Shown: positions 24,350 through 38,741, counted from the first letter of the stretch. The stretch is 64,000 nucleotides of DNA from Eledone cirrhosa (GCA_964016885.1 OZ024741.1:388492001-388556000), one strand, 5' to 3'. The notes: generated from the sequence alone by a model not told the origin. A program made the numbers and translations.

Positions 24350-24850
24350 AACCACATTCTGAGAAGTGGTATGAGCATAAGCCAGAGTCAGTGATAGAAA
24401 ACGATCAGGTGAAGGTGCTATGGGATTTGAAGATACAGACGGACAAGAAATTAGAACACAATAGGCCTGACCTGGTGGTTTTAGACAAGGAAAAAAGATC
24501 GTGCCTGATTGTAGATGTAGCCTGCCCATTTGACACAAGAGTGCAAGAAAAGGAGAGGGAGAAAATTAACCAATACCAGGATTTAAAGTGGGAGTTAAAA
24601 AGGATTTGGAACTGCCATGAAATCAAGGTCATCCCGATTGTCATAGGCGCACTAGGTACTATCTCAAAGAGTTTCCAAGGATGGTTAAAGAAGATTAGTC
24701 GAGCCCCACTTTTTGGAACACTTCAAAAGGCATGCTTGCTGGGAACAGCAAGAACCCTCCGATATGTCCTGAATATCTGAGGCTGCAGGTAATGGCTTGA
24801 TATTCATTTCAACAAACTTTCCAGTTAAATAACATCAATGACTGAGACTC

Positions 24851-24892
<42 letters not shown>
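24350..24892 (+). mobile_element. Second Dong/R4-clade RLE fragment flanked by (TAA)n
   Basis: KVLWDLKIQTDKKLEHNRPDLVV..DVACPFD..EKINQYQDL..LQKACLLGTAR. Confidence 0.88.
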
Positions 24893-24893
<1 letters not shown>

Positions 24894-24963
24894 TGTTTCT
24901 ACTTTTAGCACAAGGCCAGCAATTACCCAATGCATTACTGGTACTTTATTCTATCGACCCCGG
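24893..24963 (-). mobile_element. 5'-truncated Meta-like SINE
   Basis: TGTTTCTACTTTTAGCACAAGGCCAGCAATT..GGTACTTTATT. Confidence 0.8.
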
Positions 24964-25004
24964 AAATAATAATAATAACAATAATGATGATAATAATCTA
25001 AATA

Positions 25005-26103
25005 TCTATCTATATATTACTCAAATTCTGTGATTGCTTGCTTGCTTGCTTGTCTGTAATCTAATACAGTGTAAAGGGTGCATAATGGGAAAATACTTTG
25101 AAAGGAAGTTGACCCTGAAATGGGAATACAAAAGGAATAAAATAAGTTTCACGTAAATTGGAGCACGGGTTCCAGCAATTTGGGGTTTTCTGGGTACCTT
25201 CATAAATAGCCAAAATAGTGCATAATGGAAAAATACTCCGAAAGTAACATAACCCTGCAAACCTTCATAAATAGCCAAAACAGTGCATAATGGGAATTGA
25301 CATTCTGCTTTCAGAAATAAGATCGTTATGATATCCAGAATAATAATTAATCTATCCAAAGGTGAGGATATCCCTTGCAACAAAACCAATTCCCAGTTCA
25401 ATCGTGCTCCGCTATGACTATTCATAAAGCACAAGCAACTTATGGAAAATATCTTGGTTTATTTGGAATGACCTGTATTCCAACACGGTCAACTGTATGT
25501 GGCCCTTAGCCGCAGAAAATGAAAAGAAAATGTCAGAGTGTTTCTGAAGGATACCCAGTCAGCTAAGAATGTTGTCATCAAAAGCATTCTATTGAACAAA
25601 CTGTAACAGCAAACATATGAGAAAATATTAATTTTGATGTCAGAAAAGGAAAAACTAAGACAAGGAAGAATAATTTTTTTCAAATTTTTGTAAATAAAAC
25701 CAGTTTTTCATTAATTTTGCAGCTTTTTAAACAGAAAAATCTTTCAGAACAAACAGTCAAATATCCACAGAGATATGGAAAAAAGAATTTGTGAAAAATA
25801 GCTTGATAATTTCTTTGTGAAAATACTTTGTGAAAAGACAAGTTTCGTGTAAATCGGCCCACAGGTTCCCAAGATATGTGGCGGTTCTTTTGGGTACCTT
25901 TATATATAGCCAAACCAGCGCCTAATAGGAAAATACTTTGAAGGTAAGGTACCATTGAAATGTGAATACAAACGGAATAAAACATATTTCGCGTAAATTG
26001 GACCACAGGTTCCCAAGATATGCAGTGTTTTCAAGTACCTTGAACTATTGGTGACCCAAATCTCTGTGATTGACTCATGGAATTTTTCTGGGTACCTTCA
26101 TAA

Positions 26104-26105
<2 letters not shown>
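25005..26105 (+). mobile_element. Helitron derivative with Pif1-helicase C-terminal remnant (~25310-25606) and internal repeats
   Basis: TC start followed by (GCTT)n; frameshifted QFPV..AMTIHKAQ...PVFQHGQLYVALSR...KNVV; repeated GGGTACCTTCATAAA..GGAAAATACTTTGA units; no 3' hairpin found. Confidence 0.72.
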
Positions 26106-26166
<61 letters not shown>

Positions 26167-26309
26167 AAAGTGGTTGTGAGAGAGTAGATTGAAAGAGAGA
26201 CATAGAGAGAGGAAGAGGAGACAGAGAAGGAGAATGGGAGAGAGAGAGAGAGCGAATAGGTGGCACTGTGTATATATATGTGAGTGTGTGTGTATATATA
26301 TGTGTTAAG

Positions 26310-26617
26310 GGTTCATGGCATAGCACATCGTTCAAAGGCTTTAGTTGATCATATCGCCCTCAGTACTTATTTTTTTGTGTCTGGTACCTATTTTATCAAT
26401 TTCTTTTTTGTCGAAACACTACATTACATGACATAAACAAACACAGACACAGGCACACACACACACATATAAGATAGGATTCTGTACAATTTCTGTCTAC
26501 CAAATTTCACACAAAAGGCAATGGTCAACTTGGGACTATAATAGAAGGTACTATACAGTCAGACTAAACCTGAAATCACATGGTTCCCAAGTGAACTCTT
26601 TAACCACATAGCCATGA
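26310..26617 (-). mobile_element. Old tRNA-derived SINE of another family
   Basis: Minus strand begins CATGGCTATGTGGTTAAAGAG; related body at ~27250-27400. Confidence 0.5.
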
Positions 26618-27499
26618 TTGTAGCTCAATCTAGGAAAAAAAATGTATATAAATTCCTTGCTTTAACCCATGACAGCATAGGAAAGTGCTAATAACAATGA
26701 GAAAGATCATAGGAAATAGAAATGTAGTGTGAAACTTCTCAGAAATTACTAGTTCTTCTTGACTTCAAAGCGGAATACATAGAGGAAGAAAAAGATTCTG
26801 ACTGAAGCTATTAATCTACTGCTAGTTTACCACAGTTTTTTTCTTTTTACCAAACTGATAAAATAACTTATTCAAGGAATGCTTCTTCTCCAATTGTAAT
26901 TCCTCATGCTGGTTTTCTAGGCATACAAAACACACAAAAAAAGCTGTTTTTATTAAAAAAAAAAAAATGGCTGGACAGTAAATACAACACAATACTTATT
27001 TTGGAACCCCATCCACCTCCTCGTCACCACTCATTCATACATCTGAGCCAATGAGGAATGCTTCTTCCTTTCCCTCCCTAGATTGCTCTGTGAAGGATGG
27101 TTTACATGGGATACATGGTCATACCAGGCAAGCTTTCCTCTTTTCACCATTTTGTTAAACACTTGAGAGAATTTAAATAACAGGTCTAGGATTCAGCACT
27201 GCTAACATATCTGTCAGCCTTATTAGTCCCTTATAGATCTTTTATTTTTTTCTTTGTCATTGAACTGTGGTCATGCTGGGACCCCACCTTAAAAGGTTTA
27301 CTCAATCTTATCAACCCTAGTAATTATTTTCAAGTCTGGTACTAATTTTACCAATCTCTAGCTGTTGAACCACAAATTATGGGACTTAAACAGACAAGAG
27401 TTTTAGATGTAAACCCAGACAATCCTCTATACAGACACATTCATACATGTATTCATATATACATACATACATTCATAGATACATACATACATGCTTACA

Positions 27500-28330
27500 T
27501 ATGAGGTGTGTCAGAAAAGAAATAGGACTAGGGTCGCAAAAAAATTATATATATTTTAAAGCTACAAGTTTTCCCTTCGAAATAATCCTCCTCAAGTCTA
27601 AGGCACTTTTCCATCCTTCTCTGCCATGCTTCCATGCACTCCTAGAAGGATTCTCCTGGAATTCTCCGCATTTCCATCTTCACAGCCTTCTTGATGGCTT
27701 CCACATTCAGAAAACGGGGTCCTCTTGATGACCCTCAGGAGCTTGGGGAAAAGGAAAAAATCACACAGAGCCAAGTCAGATGAGTAGGGACGTTGTTCCA
27801 AATGGCGATGTTCTTCTTGGCCAGGAACTGCTGGATGCTCAGGGCATTGTCAGCTGGTGTGTTGTTGTGATGAAGCAGCCACGAGTTGTCCTACCACAAC
27901 TCTCACCTCTTTTCATGCCCAGCTCACTTGCAATCAGTCTAACAGTCTGCAGATGATTACCACACACCACTCACCTCAAGTGTTCAACGTTGGCCTCAGT
28001 CCTGCTTGTTAAAGGCCTTCTGCTTCTAGGATCATCTTCTGTGTCCTTACATCCATCTTTGAACCTTTTGTGCCACTCAAAAACCCATGAGCAAAACATT
28101 GTCTCATCTCTGTACATGTGCTGTAGTATAGTGTTTCTTACAGAGTTTTCACAAGAAGAAACTTCAGGCTGGTTTGTTTGTCTGTGCCCATTGATCAACA
28201 GCCTAAATTGAAGGGCTGTTAACAAAAGCCCATGAAAAAACATACAATAGCTGCAGAGAGCTGAGATTGCAGTTATATACTCCCTGATAATCCCTACCAC
28301 ACCCATAGCTCACACAGCACACTAAGTCAT
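27500..28330 (-). mobile_element. Mariner transposon remnant with internal deletion
   Basis: VFEWHKRFKDG..EDDPRS.RP, WLLHHNN, PYSSDLALCDFFLFPKL; TIR-like TATGAGGTGTGTCAGAAAAG at the left end; right end not clear. Confidence 0.85.
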
Positions 28331-30516
28331 ACATGCATTCATTCATACATACATTGATACATACATACATACATAAGGGCTGCTCCCTTGTTATCGAGTA
28401 TGGCCATTGTACGATAAAATAAAAAAATAAAAAAATACACGCACACACATATATATTAACGGTGCTGTGATCAAACATGGCTTTTTAGCTCAGCCAATGA
28501 TCTAAAATGTCTTGCACAGAGTTGGCAACCATGATAAAAATATTCACTGGCAATAGCTGGCTGTAGTTAGTCTTCATGTACTTTGCATGTAGTTTGGACC
28601 CTCCTGCTGATCTAGTCTTTTCCACATGCTTGACAGGTATGATGAGTAGCATCTCCGACAGTAGCCTACTAGTCAACCACTGGTCTCACTTTATAACTGT
28701 GAATATGACTTTTAAGTCCAGCTTTGCTTAGGCAGAGTCTCGCACAGACACTGCATGTCAGCACCACAGGAGGACCTTTGCAGTCTGGAAATGTAACAGC
28801 AATGCCTTTCCTGACATCCCTTTTTATTTTTATACATGATGGCTGCAAACTCTGCTAAGAGTACTGCAATTGCTTGGAGGATTATAGAATTTGGTGTACT
28901 TTTAGGCTATGGCCAGTCACACAAACCTGTAACAGATCCTTAACAAGCAATGCCTGTACTTTGAAGGTTTTTTAAGTGAGGAAAGGCCTTGCACTCAACC
29001 AATCCCACTCTCTGAGCATCGAAAACACTACCCGAAAAGGAGAACTGATCAAGATCATCGAGTGCTTCCGAAGCTGCAGGTTTTTTTCAGAGTTTCCCTC
29101 TCCTAGAAAGGTGTTGTGACAACAGCTGGGGGCCTTTCACTCCCAGGTAAAAAAAAAAAAAAAAAAATTACTATTTGGATGGCTGTTGACTCTGCTGAGT
29201 TCCTCTGCCCTTTGCCGGGTCTTGTATTTCATCTCGCAGGGTGTTCAAATATCACCCTCCTCACCAAGCAAGCCTGGTGGGGTTGCTGGTTTAGTCGACG
29301 ACAACCTGACCATGAGACTGGTTGTACTGGGTTACATGTTAGTGGTAGTACTCCAGAGCGACCTGACATACATACATGCATACATACATACGTACATACA
29401 TACATATGTACATACATACATACATACATACATATATACATAATGGCTACATCTCAGTTTCGAGAATTGTCATTCATTGACCTTTCTCCCATATATGGGT
29501 AGCACAAACATGACCCTGCCAAGGACTTAGATTCCTTTTTACATATGCTGCAGTGAAAGAAAATAGATAAGGCTATGCTAACACAAAACAAGTGAAAATC
29601 ATTGAAGAAAGGCCTTGCACTGGACCAGTCCCACTTTCTGAACAATGATGAAAGTTATCCAAAAAGCAGAACAGATCAACATCACTGGCTGCCATTGAGT
29701 CACAGGTTTTACATCAGAGTTTTCTTTCTCCTAGAATGATGTCCTGACTAGAACTAGGGATCCCTCACTCCTGGTGGACAAACTGCATGCTTAGGCACCA
29801 AACCAAATATTTCCATGTCCCTGCACATGAAACATACATACATACCTACATATGTACATACATACATAAATATATACATACAGACTAGCAGACAACAGAC
29901 AAGCAGACAGACAGACATTAACAAAATCTAAAGTTATCAATGGTTATAATTCATGTTTTAGAAAGAAAAATTTTAAATACACTGGGAGATTGCAATAGTT
30001 TTTGAGATAATTAAACTGTAATTCAAATTATATTTGTATGATGTGTAAACTGTACATTGTTCCTCACACTATGTACAAAGAGATTTTAAACAAAACCAAA
30101 ATATTTTGGTCTATAACTTTGTTCATTTTATAATCTTTTTTTTTTTATTTAAAAAATTTTTATTTTTATTTTCCAATTACAGAATTCCATTCATATCTTA
30201 TATTTTTCCAATTACTTTTCTTAAATGCCTAAAAAATTTAATAAAGGAAAGAAAAATATTCAAATGCAAATTAATATTGGTGAAAAATTAACAAAGAATT
30301 GGAAATAATCAACGGACTGTGTTTGGTGGTTAAGTGGTGAGTGATGAGCAGACTAACAGAGATGTACCTGGATGAAGAGAGAGAATGGTCGGTGAGGTGG
30401 GGTGGGAGTGGGGAGGATGAAAGGAGAAAAGAGATGGAGAGACAAACACACAGAAATTTTGTGTATGTGTGTGAATGGGTGCATGTACCTATAGGTATAT
30501 ATGCATATATATAATA

Positions 30517-30562
<46 letters not shown>

Positions 30563-30898
30563 GAGAGAGAGAGGGAGAGAGAAGGTAGAAGTACATTTAC
30601 TATGATTAACAGTATTGCAGCTGCTGTATGACTATAATAACTTGCTCTGCTATTGGGGAAAACCATGATTGATCTCCAATACAAAAGTTTTGTATTTTTT
30701 CCTGCAAACATCTGGTTGTGGAAGCAGTCAATGAGATTGACTTTCTTTCATTTTCTCATTCACTTTCTTGTTCTTTTCTTGGTATGTATACATGTATATA
30801 TATATATATACTTTACATTTTTTTTCTCCTTCTAAATATATTATCATTCTTTCTACCTCATTTTCTTTGCTTTTTCTTTTTCCTTTCTTCCTTTTTTT

Positions 30899-30941
<43 letters not shown>

Positions 30942-31082
30942 AACTTGAATTATTTTTACAATTCATTTCTTCCTTCCTTCTTGTTCCTTCTTATCATTCC
31001 AATATTTCTGTCCACCTGGATAATCAAGAGAACAATTCTTAAGACATTCACTGGCAAATAACATCTTTTGTAAGACAATTTT

Positions 31083-31500
<418 letters not shown>

Positions 31501-32279
31501 TTTGGAATGAAGGAGAAAATAAGAGAGAAAGTATATACCTCCTAAACAAAATAAAAATAACAAATAACTCTAACAATTAGGGCAAATACAAAAAAAAAAC
31601 AACAAAAGAAACAAAATATTGACAAAACAAACAATAGATATTTAGTTAAGAATGAATTTTGTATCATCTGCTAATATCCTGCAGATAGCTTATCTGGATC
31701 AATTTCTGGCAACAGGAAATGTATTGATAAATGTACATAGTACTTCCGCATTAGTAAGACATGTGGCTTAGTGGTTGGGGTGTTCCCATCACAATTGCAA
31801 AATCAAGTCTCAGGAAAGAATTGCATGACAGATTTTAGGGGCAAAATCAATTGGCAGCAGACCCAGGGGTAGACCCCGAGTAAAGATGGTAGGATAAAAT
31901 CAATGAGCCCGGCTGGTCTTACTTGGGGATCTACCTGAATCAATTGTAGACAGTTACTTCTGACAGGACTTGCTGGAAGGAGTACTTGAGAACTCTGCCC
32001 TCACGACCCTCCCAGGGGAGAAGAAGATTTTGATCCCTGGCAGTATAATAAGTCATTGAGCAAAACACTTTTTTATTTTGTTTCTCAACTGTAAGAAGCA
32101 CTAGATACTTCCTCTAGTCTGACATTGCTTAGTAGATTTATACAGACATTTAAATTAATTAAATAAATAAATATATCACATTGTGTCCCTCTACTCAGCT
32201 AGAAAGAATGAGATATAGTTATGATTCAATGCGCCAACTTTGATTCACCCTGGCTTATGCTGAATCTCTCAGTTAAGGG

Positions 32280-32550
32280 CAGAGACGTAACTAGGGAAAA
32301 TAGTGCCTATGGCAAGCAGTGAAATTGCGCCCTCACCCAAACATAATTCATATAACTGGTTTAATGATCCAGCCACCATAGAGCTTCTCACCCATGTTAA
32401 CCAAAGATATACATCTGAAGAAGTTTCTTTTTTAACACTCCAACAATAGCTTATCTGACTTTAATAGAAAGTGCTTCTAATCCAAGTGGCGCCCCTTCAA
32501 GTGGTGCCCATGGTATGTGCCATGCTTGTCATATCCTAGTTATGCTTCTG
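32280..32550. mobile_element. hAT-like MITE
   Basis: TIR CAGAGACGTAACTAGG / CCTAGTTATGCTTCTG; decayed 8-bp TSD GTTAAGGG/GTCATGGA. Confidence 0.6.
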
Positions 32551-32747
32551 GTCATGGATACACATGTTCGTAAATTGCTTAGTCACTTGCACATTAATTT
32601 CACAAGCAGGGCTATTCCACTGATAAAACAACTGGAAGACTTGTCATTTGAAGTGTCTGAGCTCCAGCAGTGTTGTTGTTGGCGATAATATTGGTGTTAA
32701 TGTTATTGTTGTTAGTATTAATACTGTTCTTGTTTTTGTTGTTGTTA

Positions 32748-33410
32748 CTGGTAGTGAGACCTGGGCGCTGAAGGTGGAAGACTTACGTAGATTAGAAAGA
32801 AACGAAGCCTGCATGCTCCGATGGATGTGTAATAGTAATATACACGAATGGCAAAGTATAAACAAATTGAGAGAGAGACTGGGCATAAGAGGAATCAAAT
32901 GCTGTGTACAGGAGAGGAGGTTGCATTGGTATGGACATGTGATGTGTATGAAGGATGACAGCTGCATAAAAATGTGCAGAGCACTAGAAGTCGGTGGAAA
33001 CCGCGGAGTGGGGAGACCCAAGATGACCTGGGATGAGGTGATAAAAGCCGACCTTACCCAATTACCCCTCTCAAAGGCGATGACACATGAACGTGACCTC
33101 TGGCATCACGCAGTAATACAGAGTACCCGATCTCCCATGGGTACAAGCTGAAGCATATAGACAATATGCCCCCACACCCTCCCACTGCAAAGTGGTCGCG
33201 GAGGTGCCACGGCAAAAAAGCACCCAGCCCACACTGTAAATGAGGTTGGTGTTAGGAAGGACATCCAGCTGTAGAAATTAAGCCAAAATCAGTTCCTGTA
33301 TGAGCAAGGCATGGTCAGCCGACCAGACACTGCCCACAACAGGACAACCCGTCTAACTCATGCTAGCATAGAAGAACAGACATAAAACGGTGATGATGAT
33401 TATGATGATG
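32748..33410 (+). mobile_element. RTE LINE 3' fragment (subfamily B)
   Basis: GSETWAL..RRLHWYGHVM..GRPKMTWDE; 3' UTR with (GAT)n; close to 57000-57640. Confidence 0.9.
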
Positions 33411-34544
33411 ACTGTAGCAGCTTTTATTGTTATACAATCAGTAAAGACTACAAGAATCTGCCATTATAGAGCAATATGTGTGCTTGTGTTTATATGCACA
33501 TAGTGCTGGAGCCATGATCAAATGCACTCAGTACTCTCTGTAAAGTGGCTATCCCTAGGAAAGGCATCCTGTTATAGAAACCATGTTAAAAGGGGTTGAG
33601 AGGACATATCAACCTCCCTTGTGTTTATGCTATGTTAAAATACTCCCAGTACATTCTGTAAAGTGGCTGGTTATAGAAAAGGTATCTAGTGTAGAAATCA
33701 TACCAAACCTAGAAAATTTGCTCCCAGAGCATGGGTTCTGGCCTAGCTAGGAGGACATTAACACCAATTAAATACTAATTTGGTCTGTGACAACCTGTCC
33801 AACCATGCTGGCATAGAAAAGTTGATGTTAAATGATGATAATTATGATAAGGTTACATACTTACATACAATCCTGTGCTCTACTGAGTGCATTTTATTGA
33901 GATACCAGCACTAGGGAGGCTGTCATGGTTTTGACACAACTAAAGGGTCCTCTTGTCCCCTTGTTTGGCAAGCTTTCTACAGCTTGATGTCCCTCGTATC
34001 ACCAACCACTTTACAACATGTACTGGGTGCTTTTATCATGTAGAGCCTCAACACCAGAAAGCTTGTCACAACATTAACACAATTGTCCTCTTGACTCTTT
34101 TTAGCATGGTTTCTACAGTGAGGTTCCTTTCTTATCACTAACCACCATACAGAGTGTACTGATTGCATTTTGGGAGGCACCAACACCAGAGAGGTTGTTG
34201 AAGAGCCCTGTTTACATTGAGATGGGCGAGAGCAGGAAGATAAATATGATGTTAACCATGTATGGTAGGATTGGACAAGTGATGAGTCAGAGGAAGGAGA
34301 GGCCTTCAGTGATGTAGGAGTAATCATAGATGTGTGCTCAGGATGGAGAGAGTATCCACTGAGGATTTTAGAGGAAGTGTGTAGTGATGGTGAGAATAGC
34401 TAATGAGTGATAGTGGAGGGGGCGTGGATGGGGCTGGGGCATACAGTGATAGCAAGGATGGCTACTAATGAGTGCTAATGGAATGGTGATGGAATGGGTC
34501 AGGTCACATTTTATGTTGGTAAACAGGTCTTCTCTTTGAGAGAG

Positions 34545-34870
34545 AGGCCCTTTGTAGTTAGCAGAGGCCCAAGCTCTCTAAACTTCTTCCAATCTGTTCT
34601 TACCCTAACAATCACACTTTCAGATCTTCCCCACCACTACTGATTAGTCATTTAGGTCACAAAAGCTGTCAATAATTTTTAAGGAGCCTCTCTGGTAACA
34701 GAAGGTATTTATTTTCACATGTCCTCTTAGTGCTTATTTCTCCTGTTCATCTGCCACATACAAAGTCTATCTTCCCTGTTAATCTGCCTATGTTTGCACT
34801 ACATCTCTTGTGCATCCATAGACTATACTGTGCACCTTATAGAATTTCTGCCCATCCCTTTCTGACATAT
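34545..34870 (-). mobile_element. Old RTE fragment spanning the PHD-like region
   Basis: Reverse complement shows W.HKRC and RVR..WKKFREL-like segments. Confidence 0.6.
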
Positions 34871-35382
34871 ATATGTCAGGGAAACTGGATGTTAAATGAT
34901 GGTGGCATTAAATGCTGACATTGATATGTATATATAAACATAAATATATATATCTTATGAATTATTGAAGCAGTGGTAATTTGAAATTATTATTGACCAA
35001 CTCAGTTATTTCCTGCATTTTGAATTCCTACATTTTTAAATTTCAAATCATCCAGCATTTTGATAATTCACAAGATGTTTTTACATTTAGCTTTAGCTGC
35101 AAGCTGTTTAGTATAGAACCTTAATTTAGCTGGAATAAGTGGTCAACTGTTTCTTAATGTGCACAAACAGTATTCAAGATATACAGAGTTTAATTTGCCG
35201 TAATGGCTGCTAGCTACTTTTTTTCATTTACAGGAGTATTTTACCCAATTTTCTAAGCTATTATCTAAATTGATCAATTGTTGTTACAGTTATTTTCTGC
35301 ATTTGGGATTCCCATATTTTCAAATGCAAAAAGCAGACATAAAAACGGTGATGGTGATGATTATATATATATATAGTAATAA

Positions 35383-35765
35383 TTGTTTCTACTTTTGGCA
35401 CAAGGCCAGCAATTACACAGTACATTACTGGTACTTTATTTTATCAACACCGTAAGAATGAAAGGCAAAGTTAACCTCGACGGGATTTGAACTCAGACCA
35501 ATATTTTATACAGTTTATGCTTACAAGCTGAAATTAGATTTTTGGTTTGGATTTTGGTCTTTGATTGGCAGTATCGGTAGAAGGTCAGATGTCATGCTTT
35601 CTAGCATAGGTACGTCCCTTGACGGTCTGAGTTCAAATCCCATCAAGCTTAACTTTGCCTTTCATCCTCATGGGGTCGATAAAATAAAGTACCAGTCATG
35701 CACTGGAGTCGATTTAATCGACTTTTCCCTCCCCCAAATCACTGGCCTTGTGCCTATATAAGAAA
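35383..35765. mobile_element. Two Meta-like SINE copies head-to-head (35383-35498 minus; 35563-35765 plus)
   Basis: Both match the 18330 family. Confidence 0.8.
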
Positions 35766-35784
35766 CCAATATATATATATATAT

Positions 35785-36486
35785 AAGTATGTATGTATAC
35801 GTACATACATATATGTATACAGATGTGCAGTAGTATGTATATATATATACATACATGCACACATATATATATGTACGTATGGGTTTACTGAACATTTATT
35901 ATAATGTTCGGTTTGTTTGTTTGTAAACAAACAAACAAACCGAATTACGCCGTACAGTGTTCAGGCAACCATTGTCGCCTTTTTGTTCAACACTGACACA
36001 GGAACGATGTACTAGTTTCAAGCTTATTAGCTATCGTCAGCATCGTATACCTTCCTGCCAGATGATTGAACGTCTGAAAGTATATACTTTCCTTATGTAT
36101 ATTAACGGCTGAGCAGCCTAATTTGCATATCGAGTGAGTTAGTCGGCCGGGCGCACCGAAAACGATAAATGGAAAAGAATGAAACGAAATTTCATTTCTC
36201 ACTCTTAGTACGTGTCAGTTCCTGTGTCAGTGTTGAACAAAAAGGCAATGATGGTTGAACACTGTACGGCGTAATTCGGGCTGTTTGTTTACAAACAAAC
36301 AAACCGAGCATTATAATAAATGTTCGGTAAACCCATACGTACATATATATATGTGTGCATGTATGTATATATATATACATACTACTGTACGTCTGTATAC
36401 ATATAGGTATGTACGTATACATACATACTTACATTTAAGTATCAGCCGTACTAAGATTGAGAAATGAAATTTCGTTTCATTCTTTT

Positions 36487-36490
<4 letters not shown>
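35785..36490. repeat. Interleaved inverted repeats (35785-36012 / 36207-36430; 36170-36211 / 36447-36490)
   Basis: For example GAATTACGCCGTACAGTGTTCA / TGAACACTGTACGGCGTAATTC. Confidence 0.92.
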
Positions 36491-36550
<60 letters not shown>

Positions 36551-36576
36551 ACATGCATATGTGAGCATATATATAT

Positions 36577-36842
36577 ATCATCATCATCACCGTTTAACGT
36601 CCATTTTTCCATGCTGGAATGGGTTAGACAAGTTATCCTGTTGTGAGCAATGCTAGGTCAAGTGACCATGTCATACTCATACAGAACCAATTTTGGCTCG
36701 GTTTCTACAGCTGGATGCTCTTCCTAGCACCAACCTCATTTACAGTGAGTACTGGGTGCTTTTTGTCATGACTTCTACACGATCAATTTACAGTGTGGAC
36801 TGGGTGCTTTTTGTCATGACTCCTACACGGCCACTTTACAGT
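36577..36842 (-). mobile_element. RTE 3'-UTR fragment
   Basis: (CAT)n, CGTTTAACGTCC, TTTCTACAGCTGGATGC. Confidence 0.8.
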
Positions 36843-38486
36843 CTAGGATGAATATATGTATGCGTGTGTGTATGTATATGCATGAGTATGATGTGTATGT
36901 GTATATGGATATATATGCAAGTATATGTATGCATGTGTATACATACATACATATACTCGCACATGTGCATATGTGCTTATATATGTATATGTGTGGGTAT
37001 AATATTCATACACTATATTTTCATTAATGCATACATCCACATGGGGCAGTGCATACTTATGTATGAGCCTAAACCCCAAAACATCAATGTTCTCATTATT
37101 ATTATTTTTATTATTATTATTACTTTCAGTATTTTTATGTTTAATCATTTTACTAATATTAATGTCATTTTCCATATATGGTAGCTGGAAATTATTCAGC
37201 TAGTCTAAAAAGTATATTAGTCTCCAGATTTTTCATAGCAAGAATTTGTTCTTCCCACTCCACATAATGATGTAATTCTTCTTGCATGCATTTCGCTCAT
37301 CTCAAGAGAACATCCTCACACACTACCATTATGTTTTCCTGTTTTCTAAAGGCAATATTTGTTTGTAACTTTAAAAAAATATTTACTTCTGCGTCTACAG
37401 ATTCATTTTTCTTAGTTTCAGATGATCCCGCTTAGGGTGAAGGCAGAAATTCATTGTTTAAATTTTAATTTTTATCTGTACTACTAATAATAATATATAT
37501 ATATATATATATACATAATTCAAAATTTAAAATACATGTATATAGTCGTATATCATTAGAGAAATATATGATATTTTGTACATATATATTGAAAGCATAT
37601 AATATTGAGGAAACAGTATATACTTTCAGGTGGAAAAGTTTTTATATTCCTTACAGTTGCCATTTCATAATACCTAGAACCAGATTGAAAATTGATTTAA
37701 GTAATCGATCATGACTTACCAACTATCAATTTTGGTATAGCTCCAGAAGACATGGTGCTAATTATCAGAGGAAATTGTCTTGTTATAAGTTCCAATAAAA
37801 TACAAAATACCTTTATATCTGTCATGTTCCGAGAAGTAGTCAATCCATACCTCATGGTGTGAATTAATTTTTAACAGTGACAGCAGATATAAATAGGACT
37901 GGATGTCACATCCACTAGAGGTGCAATGTTCCAATCATAGCACAAGCAGCTCAACAAATTAAGAATTTTGAGCAGATATATGCTAATTTAAAGTATCATA
38001 ACATATAATATGTATGATATGTTTCTCAGTAAAAAGGCTCAATGTATATTTGTCCAGAGCATCAATAAATCAAAATTAAAAAAAAAATATATATATATAT
38101 AAATACATATAAATACATATATTTATAGCCATATATCATTAGAGAAACACATAACTTTAGATGACCCAATATATATATATATATAAATACATATAAAAAT
38201 GAGAAAACTCAACGTTAGAAAGCCATTAAAAAAGCTAAATGCTGTCAAGGACAGCGATGGGCAAAAATGCCTCAGAGGACAGAGCCCAACAACCTGTGGT
38301 CAACAGAGAGACAATCTACAAGGTAGGTGACAAGCAGATTAAATATAGGAAAGATTGAAAGAGGAGGAGGACAAGAAGTGTGTTGGCACACAGAAGTGAC
38401 TGGAAGAGGAAATAAATAAAGGCCATGTACAGAACAAGTTTACACACATCTTCACCCTCATCAGCTCTCGAACCAGCAAAATGGTA

Positions 38487-38696
38487 TTGGGTCATCCCAT
38501 AAATAATGCCCTTTTTTCAATTGCATGCAATAACAGTCAGAGGTGGTGGGGATAAACACCTGCATAAACTTGCTATAAAACCAGGTATTAAATCCACCTT
38601 GTCCTCATTCTTCATGCAAGCTTTGAAAAGTGTAATTTATCTTAATTTTTTAAAATGAAAGAAGTATAAAAAAACGCATTATTTATGGGATGTTCC

Positions 38697-38698
<2 letters not shown>
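38487..38698. mobile_element. Mariner-type MITE
   Basis: TA|TTGGGTCATCCCATAAATAATGC ... GCATTATTTATGGGATGTTCCAA. Confidence 0.85.

Positions 38699-38741
<43 letters not shown>

Noticed and set aside
38425-38470. CTGATGAG on the minus strand as a hammerhead
   Set aside because: No GAAA and no stem II or III pairing.
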